A stretch of 63,707 nucleotides of DNA, the filler included, from Hyphochytrium catenoides (taxonomy: Eukaryota; Protista; Hyphochytriomycota), in assembly GCA_900088475.1 (NCBI GenBank). It is 7 parts of 7 records of this genome, joined end to end, with 100 filler letters (N's around TTAATTAATTAA, not from the genome) between each part and the next. Parts side by side here need not be neighbours in the genome. Positions count along the whole stretch, not along the records: positions 1 to 21,333 come from FLMG01002879.1; positions 21,434 to 30,504 come from FLMG01002263.1; 5 more parts are not named here. One strand, 5' to 3'. The notes below the pieces were generated by a model that ran no database searches, was not told the origin of the DNA, and worked only from the letters and a program-made list of their open reading frames with translations. Position numbers and translations under genes: made by a program. Within the stretch, counting starts at the first letter, position 1, and each line of letters opens with the position of its first letter. Positions 10,298 through 21,812 of this stretch are shown here, one piece after another.

Positions 10298-12776
10298 TGC
10301 GCTTTGTTCCGCAGCTCTCGATGGCCGCTTCTAATCAATCTGTTTGATGAGAGTAGTGTTCCTCTCAAAAGAGCCGCTTTCCAGTCGTCGCTGACGGACG
10401 GCGTGAGGGGTAAATAAAGAAGGGTGTCGGGGTTGGCTTGCTTGCTTTTCCTGGTCAAGAGTTCTATCTCTCGATGTCCAAGGCCCGCGGGCCAGAAGAC
10501 CTGCTGGAGAGAAGTCAAGGGAAGATCTTCCTCTTCCCTCCGCTGGGATCCTACTCTCCCTCTTCCCTCCTCTCCTCCCTATGCTGCCCTGCTCCTATGG
10601 AAGAAGTAGAAGTAGAAAAGAGATGATGGCGGAAACAGGGGATCAGAATCCTCTTATGGGTAACCATGTTACCTAGGGAGCTCCATTAGCTGACATTGAT
10701 GTTAACTTTGGGTATCTGAGTTACTCCTGCTACAGCCTCAATAGTCTTGCTCCTTTTTCTCTCCTCCTCCTCCCTTGATGAAGAAGAAGATGCTTGTTGT
10801 TGCTGCTGCTTGCTTGCTGCTGTTGCTGCTTAGGGGCTGTTGTTGCTGCTGCTGCGGGCGCGTGCGCGGCTGCTCGTGATATATAACGAAGACGGAGGAG
10901 ACCGGCACCGCCACGCTGGTTGATGATGCGAAGCGAGGTCGTCGCCACCACCACCACCACCCTCTTCGTCGTTCTGCCTCTTCTGCTGTTGAACAACTTC
11001 TGGCTCGCTGGCGCTGCTGCTTGCTACGGAGTAACTTCTATCATCATGTCTTTTAGGTGTACTGCAGGAGGATGAGGAGGAGGGCCAACTAACAAGCAAC
11101 AGCGCTTCTTCCTCATGCTCTCTTCGCTTCTTCTCTTCGCATTTGTCTGACATAACGTTGTTGGTCCATTCTATCCTTCGCTTTTATGGGAAGTCTCTTC
11201 TCTTTACCAACAAGCCTGGTGGTCTGACAGCGGCAGCAGCAGCAGCAGCAGGAGTAGCGTTCCCTTTTTTTCTGTACGACGCTGCACCATGATGATGATG
11301 ATTATGATGATGATGATGGACGTTGTGTTTTTCTTCTCCACCCACCAGTGGACAGCCATCCTTTACCTCCTGGCTCCTGCTGCTACTATTTTTTATTTAT
11401 CTGGCGATAGTAGTGTCAGGGATGCTGTTAGTTGCTACTTCACTCAGCATTTAGAAGACTGAAGGTGAAGAGCTATGCACTTTAAAGGAGAACGCAGGAC
11501 CCTCACCGTTCAAGAAAGAAACAGCTCAGTTGGCAGACTACAGCGGCTTTTTGTCACTAAGAAACTGACAAGAATTTGGGATCACTTTCTTGGCGCTGTC
11601 AGAAAAAAAGCTGCGAAACTGGCTAATCAGCATCTTCTCAGCCTTCACAATATCCTGAAGGCCTATTGCAGCTTAGGATTAGCACTAGATCCAGATAGAT
11701 TGGATCTATTATTTCATTCATTTGTTCTTTTTTCGGGTCTATCATGCTTCACAGGCTTCACAGGCTTATCAATTTTCAGCTGGTGCCGCTGTAAAGGTTG
11801 CCTCCTGAACAGTGAAGGTTGCTGTTGACGACGAGACGCAAAGTCCCGTGAAGCAGCAGTACAAGAGTGGTATCGATGACATCGCAAAAGGAAGTTAATC
11901 AAAGCTTTCACTAACTTCCACGGTAAGTTACAGCTGTACCAAAGGACTCCAGTCAGGTCTACATACAAAGCACTACCGAGGGTCGACAAAGGCGCGTAAG
12001 GCATAGAAAATATTTGCTGACTAACGTTAGAGCTGTAGAAAGGAGCCCCTCTTCCCTCATCTCCTCTTCTGTGCACCATCATTGATAAACTTCCTTCATC
12101 ATTCCTCTTTGCTCTCATGGAACAACTATGCTACTCCCGAGATAGAGCGTCTGTGACTATCTTCTCCCTCTACGCCTTCTCTCTCACTCATTAGACCTTG
12201 ACTTGCCATTCTTGCGAGAGATCTGAGAAATCGAGCGAGGTTGGCACATCCACGGACCGGCAAGAAAGTTAGAAGAAATTCGAGCTCCAACCCTTCTTTG
12301 TTGTTGGGGGGAAGGCAATAGAGTACCGGCGAGTGGGGTCTTAGCATACATTTTGAGGCCATTCAAGAGGACGTCGCTCGAGGGTTGCCTGAACGCCTTG
12401 CTCGAGCAGAAAATGGAACTGAATACTACTCTGTGCTCGCTATGTGCTGCTCTTGCTAAATAACGGACAGCAGATGCCGCAGCCACAGTGCGTTGTGTCG
12501 CCTGCGTTCTGTCTGGTGCTGCTAACAGGGCTATTATTACTGATAAAGTAGTTCTTCTCTTATAAACTTGCTAAGCGCCAGTCGCAGTTGGAGAAGGTGA
12601 ATGAACCAGCAGTGCCGTCGTGCAATTTGAAGAAAAAAGGAACCTAGATCTCTTATAAGATATAATGTTTCTCTTGTGGGTCGAATCGGTTCTTCCAATT
12701 AGCGGGAGACGCTAAGTTTTGCTAAGTTCCTGGTCGTTATTCGGCTCTTCCAGGCTCTATCATGCTCTCGTTGTTA

Positions 12777-13151
12777 TTAGCGGTTGCGTCCATCTACGTG
12801 CTTCACCGAGACTCCAGCAATATCAAAGTCATCGAAAAGTTTGGCGTTGATCGCGATCCGCGGCTTCGTGAAATCAGGTTTGCCTGTCTGCGGAGTATAG
12901 GAACACTTTGACTCGCAATGAGTCGTGCAGCCACAAACAGTGCAATGGAAATGCATCCGGAGAGCTTCTGTTACTGGTGTAACCCGTCAGTTGACCTCTC
13001 TGGATAATCTTGACTTGGTCCAAGGGATTGAATGCCCATACCGCACCCGCTTGACGCAGACGGTGCAGGTGCAATCCGTGATTTCTGTTGGTGCTTCAGC
13101 GCCTTCAAGCTCGGTCTGACCACAGTGACATTTGCATTTAAGAGACATCAT
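12777..13151 (-). pseudogene. GFA/CENP-V family zinc protein (glutathione-dependent formaldehyde-activating enzyme fold), intronless, bacterial-type, with two compensating frameshifts
   Basis: Reconstructed as MMSLKCKCHCGQTELEGAEAPTEITDCTCTVCVKR / GAVWAFNPLDQVKIIQRGQLTGYT / ..MHFHCTVCGCTTHCESKCSYTPQTGKPDFTKPRIAINAKLFDDFDIAGVSVKHVDGRNR*. Motifs CxCG, CxCxxC-x-KRGAxW, CxxCG and INA are all present. ATG (13151) and TAA (12777) share one frame (375 nt); the middle segment lies in another frame. Confidence 0.85.
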
Positions 13152-14480
13152 TTGTTCTCGCTCGGTCCTTGTACCACACTTCTTGTCCGTCTCTTTTGTG
13201 ACAAGATTGTTGTCTTGTCTTCTGCTGGAATAATGGTGCTTCGGGAAGAAGAGTGAATTGTAATCATTTGGTGAAGCATGCGGGATTCAGGCTGCTGCAG
13301 CCGGTTGCTGATGATGAAGAGAGGGAAGAGGCTGATTATGGGCGCGCCTACTATCAGTAGTTGTTAGGGTTCACTGAAGCACTGCTAAGAAAACACGAGC
13401 AATAGAGTCTCGGGAGGAACCCAACCCGCCGTAGCAGATAGCACTACAATAATGAGGGCTGCGCCGTTATTCAAGGTATAAATAGATGTGTTTTTTTTTG
13501 CAGGAAAGCGAATGATGAACGACGAAGAAAGTCAACAGACCTGCATGGGTGCGGCTGTGCTGGACTTTAGTGCTTCCCAGCTCAATTAGGCCATGGGCCA
13601 TGGTGCAGGTCTAAGAGGAGGAGACAGAAAGAAGCAACCATCATAGAGGATAGAAGAGCAAGCTAGCAAGCAGCAGAGAGCCAGCTTGGAATATCAAGTT
13701 GAATCCCAAGCTCTTCCTCTTCCATCCTCATTCAACCCAACAAGAAAAGCTTTAGTAAAATGGTAGGATATAGTGGGCGGGCCTCTCCTATGACATACAC
13801 TCCTCGCCACCACCTCCATCATATTTTGGCCGCGGCAGTTTATATTTTTAGCTATTATAAAAGAAAGAGAAGACGAGCAACCACAGATGAAGAAAGAATG
13901 GTGATCTGCCAAGCATTCTCTTGGGTAGACTGACGAGCAGAAGTCTGTCATGGGAGAGACTGGCCAATCCTAGAGATTCGCAGTCTCCTCCAAATAAGAT
14001 GATGTCGTAATAGGCCTCAATCAAAGAATCTATGGAGCTGTTTGCCAACAACATGTGGGCGGTGGTGTGGATAGGGCCAATGCATAACCTATTGGGCTTT
14101 AGATCCAGGAAAGGGGTTAGTAAGGCCCCATAGGCAGTAAATGTACCAGGCCAGATTCAACGTCAAGACTGGAATAGGATTCGATCATCATAGGTTCTAT
14201 CAACATCTATAGACGACTGCGTGGTCCTCCTTCGGACATTTACGGCGTTGCGGCTGTTGTCCAATTGCCGGATAGGTCGCCAGTTCCGGAGTAGCTGAAC
14301 GACATATAATTATAGAAAGAAATCTGTACAAACAGCTCTAACAAAATTAATGATCACCTAGAGATTCTCTTCCGCCTGATACACTGCGGGAGACATGCAG
14401 GACTGTTACCTAATTATGTTGTCGCACGAAGAGGGATTCTAATAACAAGTTGTACTACTACAACTAATAAGAAGTAAAGG

Positions 14481-14565
14481 AGGAAGAAGAAGGAAGTCGG
14501 AGGTGGAGAAGAAGAAGGAGAAGAGAAGAAGAAGGAGAAGAAGGAGAAGAAGGAGAAGAAGGAAG
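14481..14565 (+). repeat. Purine-rich simple repeat including (AAGAAGGAG)n
   Basis: aagaaggagaagaaggagaagaaggagaagaagga read directly. Confidence 0.8.
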
Positions 14566-16168
14566 ATAAGCAAACGAAGATGAGAGAAAAGCGACAGAGT
14601 CCTGGATTCTTCAACACGACGTTTTCTTCCTTCACTACCATTAATGGAAAGGGAAAGATGGGAGACGGAGGAGGAGAAGAAGCAGGGGTACCGCGGCCGA
14701 GACCTTCATCAACACCCTCAATCATGCAAGCTAGAGCAGGTCCAACTGCTGAAGGAGAATACGCTTCATTTTATTAGTGTACCAAAGGAAAACCTCACGT
14801 CTCCTCTATTTATCCACCGGATTTATTGCATCCTGTATACTTTGACCAAGTGAGATAATGGACTCTTCTTTTGCGATCATCATTATCTTGTGTCTACTAT
14901 ATTGGCACAACAGGAGAGTCAATCACAATCATCGTTTGTCGAGGTTCTATCTCCTCTCCTTGTCGCTCGTCGCTATCATCAGTGGAGCAAGAAGGAAACA
15001 GCATAGCGAGCTCCTCTATCAATCAGATCCACGTTGTTAGATCTTATCACACCACGTTAGATGGACCTTCTTTGAGTGACTGTGGACAGAAGAGAAAGAA
15101 CCCGAGGACAGGCTGCATGCATGACTACGACCCTGGATGGCACCATCACTAATATCTATACCAAGCACACAACAGAGAGTGTCACATTGTTTACAGTACG
15201 AAGGCTAATAACTGTAGGACTATCCACTGACAGAAAGTAACTCACCTCCTCTGAAGCTTGGATAATGGACGGGACCATAACTCTGACCACACATAACGTT
15301 AGGGAGTGAATATCTCCCAGTAACAGTCAGAGTAAAAGTCAAAAAAACAGTTGTACGGATTTGGGGTTGTATGTTCTATTAGCCACAGGATAGGTAGGGG
15401 CTTGTGCCAGTGGATAGTATTTACCGTATTTCACCAAGCACTTTTGTACATCAAGTTGTACATCAGAAGTGAAGAGGGAAAACAGGAAAAGAGGACTTGA
15501 GAGGGGGACAGAATGGGAGGGGAGAAGAGAGACAGAGAGACAGCAGAGAGAGAGAGAGAGAAAGAGAGGACAAGAGAGAGACACAGCGAGTGCACGACAA
15601 CCAGGCCGTAGGCAGCATCAGAAGGGCGAAAGAGAGGGAGAGAGAGAGAGAGAAAGAGAGAGAAAGAGAATGTGGCGCAACAACAGGGCAAGAGCAGCTT
15701 GCAGGAGTTGCTGCTGCTGCTGCTAGGGAAAAAATGCCCACCCTCATACACAAGTACTCGATATCCTGCCACATCTCTATGAAGTTCATTGCTTGTTGGC
15801 AGAAGAACGCCGCGGCGCTCCTCTGTAACGCTGTGTTTATGAGCCGAAGCAGAACAACAAATTGCCACTCTAATCACCTTCAGCCTTATTATCCCGTGTC
15901 TTTTTTGAAACAAGCGCTCCCAACAAGAGGGCCTTTATTGCCTTCTGCCGCCGCCTACTTCCTCCCCCAAACATCCCCCCCACACCACATAGAGACCGGC
16001 GACAGACTGCTAACAAGCTGAAGATACGTCTTCTAACCTACTCAAGATTAGCCTTGATTGAAGAGGGATAAACCTGATCCCTAGCTAAGCAGGACAGGAA
16101 GAACAGACAGAGCAAGGAGGGAGGAGGAAGAAAGCTTTCATTGCATCTGTTACTAGTCATCATCGAAA

Positions 16169-16534
16169 ATGGAGGAAAGGAATCAGAAGAAGAAGTTGGG
16201 ATTTCACGTGACGGCGGATGAGAGTATCTCCGAAGGCACCAGTCTCGTAGGTTACATAGAAGCCAGCTACCCTGATCTAGTCAAAGCATTCGGGCAACCT
16301 TCCATAGACTATGGAGAAGAGGCATACAAAGTGCAGAAGCAATGGATTTTAGTGACGACATATGGCGGCAACGTGGTGACTATCTATGACTGGAAAGCGA
16401 AGCAATACGGCATTCGGGTTGAGGAAGTCGATATCTGGAATGTCGGTGCTTTCAATGCCACTGCTTTGGCGGAGCTCGATCTGATACTGGAGACTACGGA
16501 TCTTCGATACCGCGTGACGCCGGCTTGTGTATGA
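16169..16534 (+). CDS. Intronless 121-aa hypothetical protein resembling a small conserved tailed-phage protein family of unknown function
   Basis: Clean ORF with a gaaaATGG start context. The motif string GTSLVGYIEASYPDLVKAFGQP...YKVQKQW...VVTIYDWK...EEVDIWNVG matches, from memory, the pattern GTxLxGYIxxxYxxLxxxFGxP..YKxxxEW..xATIY(N/D)WK..W(N/H)(V/I)GG of phage hypothetical proteins. Confidence 0.72.
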   Translation: MEERNQKKKLGFHVTADESISEGTSLVGYIEASYPDLVKAFGQPSIDYGEEAYKVQKQWILVTTYGGNVVTIYDWKAKQYGIRVEEVDIWNVGAFNATALAELDLILETTDLRYRVTPACV

Positions 16535-16930
16535 GCAGCGGTGCAGGAGGTCTTTTTTCTTTCTCACGGTTAAAGCCTGTGATAAGCATACTTGGTCACC
16601 GACGGACCGCAGCCGCATTCCTCAGTCTTTCATCTTTTGATAAGGTTCAACGACAGCGGTGACTACTAGGCTCCGCCCTTCCTTCTGGCATCATCTTCAT
16701 GTTTCTGCCAGCTAAAAGCACAGAGCTTGGTGTAAAAGTAGCTCACCTTTCAAACATGATACTCCGTATTGCCCGTCCTTCTTTCCTTTCGCTTTTCCTC
16801 CTAGTGGTCACCTTCTACCGGCTGCCCTGATTCCATCTCACTATTACTGTTTATCTTTTCTTTTCGCTGTCATTCACTCAATATACTTTCCGTACTCCCC
16901 TCCTCCCTTGCTCTCTTCCTACAGCTACTC

Positions 16931-17257
16931 TGACCCATTTTGTCTATTCAAGCTCCCTAGCGTTCACCACCCCACTGAGTGCATGCCTATCTCTCTCTTC
17001 AACAACGGTCATTGTCATTAGAATCACCCTAATAAGTGGCGGGCGACGCTTGCTTTATTCGTCTCTGATAAATCAGTACTTCATAAAAGGGCAAGGATAA
17101 AGGGGAAGAAGCAAGCATCAAAAGAGGAGAGGAAAGAGAAACAAAAGTCACGAAGTCTTGGTCTAAACAACAACTCTCCCCTGCCACCATCATTGTAAGA
17201 AAAGGAAGTATCATAGTTGAGTTGTTCCTTAGGAATAACAATAGGAGAGAATAGAGG
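16931..17257 (+). repeat. Diverged ~320-bp direct repeat, copy 1 (copy 2 at ~21005-21333)
   Basis: Shared collinear blocks: agctccctag, tgagtg(c/t)atg, aatcacccta, agtacttc, ggcaagga, agaagcaagcat, acgaagtcttggtct, ccaccatca, aaagga..atcatag, gttcct. Confidence 0.75.
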
Positions 17258-17532
17258 TAGGGAAGATAGGGCACCAGGAATAGCATCAGTCTCGATCAGG
17301 CAAGCAAGAGCAAAGGTTCAACTGATGGTGAGAAAGATCGATTTAAATCTGAGGGAGATTATCTTCTGTCACGCAGTGGCTAACCTCTAGCCTGCCACAG
17401 GCCGCTAGTGTGTGGGTAACAACCTCAGCTCGCATCTGGTGCTGCACTTCGTGATGACACCTCCGCGGCGGTCATCTAAGCTGGTCCTACTTATCGAAAG
17501 TACGGTCAATCGTCAATGCCGGTTCGCAGTAA

Positions 17533-17988
17533 TAGGCTGGCCTAGGTCCAGAACGTTTCTGGCGCCTGGTCCGGCACCTAGGTTGAGGCTGACAGCCAGG
17601 CTGGCGCCGCTTCGGACTATGGCCAATTTCCAATGACATTTATTACTAGCTAGGCTAGTCCTAAGTCTGGGGCCAAGCTACCGTTGCAAATAGGCTGCTA
17701 CTGAGAGCGAGACCTAGGCTGACATCTACTCAGGCAAGGTAGACTATCTCTAAAGCTCCTGGTAACATCCTTCGCTGGAACCTTAGCCGGCTGCTAGAAT
17801 GACAACTAGGCAGGACCTAGGCGGGTACCAAGGCAACGGTTGATACCAAAGTTAAGAACGGAGTGGTCTTCAACGCCGACCCCAAATATTACATCCAAGG
17901 GCGGTCGTCATCAGTACTTAGGCTGCTGGTATCTACGGCTAGGACGTAGGCTGGCCCTAAGCCTGGCACCTAGGTACATACCTAGGTT
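17533..17988 (+). repeat. Degenerate GC-rich minisatellite, unit approximately CCTAGGCTGGCA
   Basis: At least 9 CTAGG (6 as CCTAGG) in about 450 bp, interspersed with aggctgg/ctggcacc variants. Confidence 0.55.
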
Positions 17989-20900
17989 GTGCCGTCAGCA
18001 GATGAGGCTCGACAAGCGGGTATGGGAGGGTGGAAGCAATACGGGCTAGCTGTAGAAGCTGCTTTCCTGTATAATGAGTCTGAGTCGTCGAGCTGCCCGG
18101 ATGGCTGGTATACTTATCTGAGTTACTTCTCCACCTCGAACACAGCGGCCAGATTTTAGATTGCTGTCGGAAGGGGCAAATCTTTGAGGAAGCTATGTAA
18201 GTTAAAGCGACACGATGAACACTCTCTTGCTGATAATCTACGTCATTCGCATTCGTCTCTCTTCTTTATCTCTCCGTGACCCCTCTGCTGCTCTTCTTGA
18301 CTTCCAATCTAATTGTCTCTTGCGCATCACTCTTCTGCAGCTCTAAATCCTCGGTTGTCTTATCTTTTTGTGTAGGTGTCTCTGTTCTTTGATCTCTCCA
18401 CCCTCGTAATATAAGCTGCTACTCCCCTCTCTTCTCCATCTTGCCCTTCTTGTACCTCTCTCTCTCTAAAGCTCTCCTCTTTTCCCTTTCCTTCTATCCG
18501 CTCCTCCTGTTTACGTCTTTTGTCCTAATCTCACTTTCTTTAGCCCATTCCAATCTATCCTCAATTGGGGCCTATTATTGTACAATGTGCAGTATCATAT
18601 CATGCTTTTAGCAGCACTTTTATACTCCTCCGCTCCGAGGTGCTGAGGAGGAAGCTGAGGAAGCCTTTTGCTGCACAGAAATTCAGGCCAGGATGAGGGT
18701 GGAGAAACAGAAGAGACCACATCAGACCCCGGATTACGTTTGAGAGCTAAAGCGAGAGGGGATGCAATGTATGTGGCTTATTAGGGAGCACTATATGCCT
18801 TTCCTCAAGATGATGCAATCTCGCTACAATCCCCCCGGGCCCTTTTCCTCATATGCATCACAAACTGCTGCAGTCGAGTGCCTCCCCATTTCAACTTTTA
18901 TCATCTTAGGCAGTCACAGGTTCCAGGTGGCAGGATAGGCTTGAGCTACCACCAAGTTTGCTTTTTTCCTCGACAGCGGAGGTGGAACGCCGCAGCAAAG
19001 AGGGAATCTAGAGTAAAGTCTGAACAACTTCTCAAGACGAAGCGCCTTCATACTGATCATTTAGTGTCTCTTTTCTCCATATTTGCCTCCTCTCTCTTCC
19101 GTTCCGCCTTGCTTTCTTACTTTAACTCTTTCCCTTCTCCTTATTATGTTGCTCTATATCTTTATTTCCTCTTCATTTTTGCCCTCTGCTTCCCTTTTCG
19201 GTCTTACCTGGCCTTCTTCGCATTCTACTGCTGGGTCTTTTCCCCTTTCTCTCTTCTTATCTGTCTCTCACCATGACTGCCTTTCTTCTTACTCTTCCTC
19301 CTGCAGTAGGCCTTCTTCTTGCTCTCTTTCCGCTTCTTCCAAGATATTTTCTTTCAGTCGTTGTTCGCAGAAAGATTGATCGGCAGAGCACCAAGAGAGT
19401 CACAGTCATTCAGTCAATTGACACATAATCATCATCAGGTCCCTCTGTTATATGTTCATCTCGACAGAGCTTCAGACAACATCAAAGTCTACCTCTGCTA
19501 GAAGTCATCAGTTCTCTCCATTCTCCCGTGTGTCGGTCTCTTCTCTTCCTGCTCCTCTGATTCCTCTCTCTGAGCAGTTACAATCTCCCTCACTTTCATT
19601 TTTTCCTCGTTTTCTCGCTGTATCCCTCCTCCTCTATTCTTCTTTGCACGATATCTCCCGTCCTCGTTCAATCTCTCTGACCTTTTCCCTTCTCAGGCAT
19701 GAACCTTCCTCTGTCCTCTTCCTCTCGCCGCTACTCTCCCAACCGCTTTAAATTAGCATCACGCTTACTATTCCTAACTCAGCTGTGTTTTCTTCTATGA
19801 TAGATTGACATAAAGCCAAGCACAAGAAATCATGTCAGAATCGGTTGGACTCGCCTCCCATCGCCTTCAGCATCATGACCCTTTCTCTCTCGTTGTGTCT
19901 CTGTCTGTCTTCCTCTCTTTCTCGCTCTTTGCTTTCTCCTTTCCTTGCGTCCCATTTATTTTCTTCCTTCGATCTGCTGTCTTTTCCTCACTGCCTCCTT
20001 TCATCTTTCTACACTCCATAAATTTGTCTAGTTTTACCCTGTAATGAGAGCCTACAATATGGACTATCGCTTTCCGCCTCACCAGCTCTCACCACGTGCC
20101 TCTTCTCTTTCTTAAGATGCCTCTCTCTCTCTCTATATATAATATATATACATATGCTTGTTTGCCTCCTTCAGTGCACTCAATCTTCTTGCACTCGTCC
20201 TGGTGATCTCTTGTCGTTGCCTCTAAGTACAATCTCCCTTGGCGTCTCTATCGCTTGGGGGTGATAAGTAGTCTGTATGATGTTGCAATTTTCACTCGTT
20301 CTGGATAGTCCCTGTCCCACTTCCCTTATTTCTTAGGGTTGTAACATTTGCTCTTTTTGTTATCTTCCTTGTCTGCATCTTGTGGGTGATTCTCTCAGCT
20401 TCATCTCCGTCTTGGCTCACTCTTACTCGGCTCTTTTCAATAAATACGGGTGAAGGCCCGACCCCATCTCCTTCTTTCATTTCGCCCTCTTGGCTACCCT
20501 CCCTTGTCGTAAATAATGGCTCACCATTCTCCGCTTTCTTGTAAGCTTTCCTCATCTGACTACCTTGAGCTTCGCTTTCTCTTCTTACTTTTTATTCCTT
20601 AGCCTGTTTTGCTCTCCTAGCTTAGGGTACTCTAACAAACTATTTGGCCACCTCTCCTTCTCACTCTGCTGCTTTGGGGATCGTAAGTACTGAACAAAAA
20701 CATTATCCCTCGTCCCTCCGAATTCAGTGTCTCTTTTTATTTGAGGCCCTCCTCCGTCTCTTCTCTTCTTTCTCTTTCGTGGTCTCTGTCTCGTCAAAGT
20801 TCATTCATGCTTTCCTTCCTTTCCGTCCGCTTGCTCCTACTGGACATTTCGTACCTGTTGCCCTGAACGTTCTATACCTCCGCCATCTTCCTCTTTGCGC

Positions 20901-21004
20901 TCTAATTCATATGATAATCTTGCCGTCCTACTAGCCTCTAATACGCTGTATAGTGTGAGCCATCAATAATCGCTAGCCCGGGTACTTCTTTCTCTCGCTG
21001 CTTT

Positions 21005-21333
21005 TGACTTTATTTTTTCGAATATCGAGCTCCCTAGGGTCTGCCAATCACCTCCCTTGAGTGTATGTCCCCTCTCATCCCGGACATTCATCTGTCTCTG
21101 AAATCACCCTACTATATAGATGACGGGCAATGCTTTTTCTTCTTGCTTCTGAATTAGTACTTCCAGAGAAGGCAAGGAGATTAAAAGGAGAGAGAAGCAA
21201 GCATAAACAAAAGAAAGAAGCACGCTACGAAGTCTTGGTCTGTCTAACCCCCAGTCCACCATCAAGACAGGAAAGGAGCCATCATAGCTGCTGAGTTCCT
21301 CAGCAATTACAATCGGAGGAGAGAGGAGGAGAA
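21005..21333 (+). repeat. Diverged direct repeat, copy 2 (runs into linker gap)
   Basis: Collinear with 16931-17257; offset about 4.08 kb. Confidence 0.75.
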
Positions 21334-21433
21334 NNNNNNNNNNNNNNNNNNNNNNNNNNNNNNNNNNNNNNNNNNNNTTAATTAATTAANNNNNNNNNNN
21401 NNNNNNNNNNNNNNNNNNNNNNNNNNNNNNNNN
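21334..21433. other. Assembly linker gap (N44-TTAATTAATTAA-N44)
   Basis: 100-bp six-frame-stop linker. Identical ones lie at 30505-30604, 41096-41195, 52599-52698, 61093-61192 and 62567-62666. Confidence 0.97.
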
Positions 21434-21812
21434 AGGAACTGCCGATGAGACTAAGCCGGTTGCCAGAGAACGACACTTTAGGCTCCGCTTGTCCTGCCTC
21501 TAACTACTGACAAAAAGTAATGTTGTCTCCGACAATAGAAGTATTGACCTCGGAACCCAAAAGCCGATCTGACCTTGACACCGGTAGAAGGGTCGTGCTC
21601 CGCTCCACGCCGGACGGAATCTTGCCAATAGAATAATTGAGAGAGAGCTCTCAATGCCCATGGGTCCGCCGCAGGCGAGGGACGGCGGACAGAAAGGAAG
21701 GAGGACGCCGAATGCAGGGCATATCTCCTTGTCTGAGTACCGGACTTCTCTTGCACAGGAGCTGTCCCAGTCCTAGACCACTTTCTTCAAGAGCGTGTAC
21801 GCTAGTTGTCCA

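Noticed and set aside
12987-12989. Selenocysteine or readthrough TGA in the GFA gene
   Set aside because: The TGA lies in the segment where the conserved residues (GAVW) are in a different frame, so frameshifts explain it.
21378-21389. Recurrent TTAATTAATTAA palindrome as a biological repeat or CRISPR-like element
   Set aside because: Always centred in exactly 44+44 Ns; it is an artificial six-frame-stop linker.
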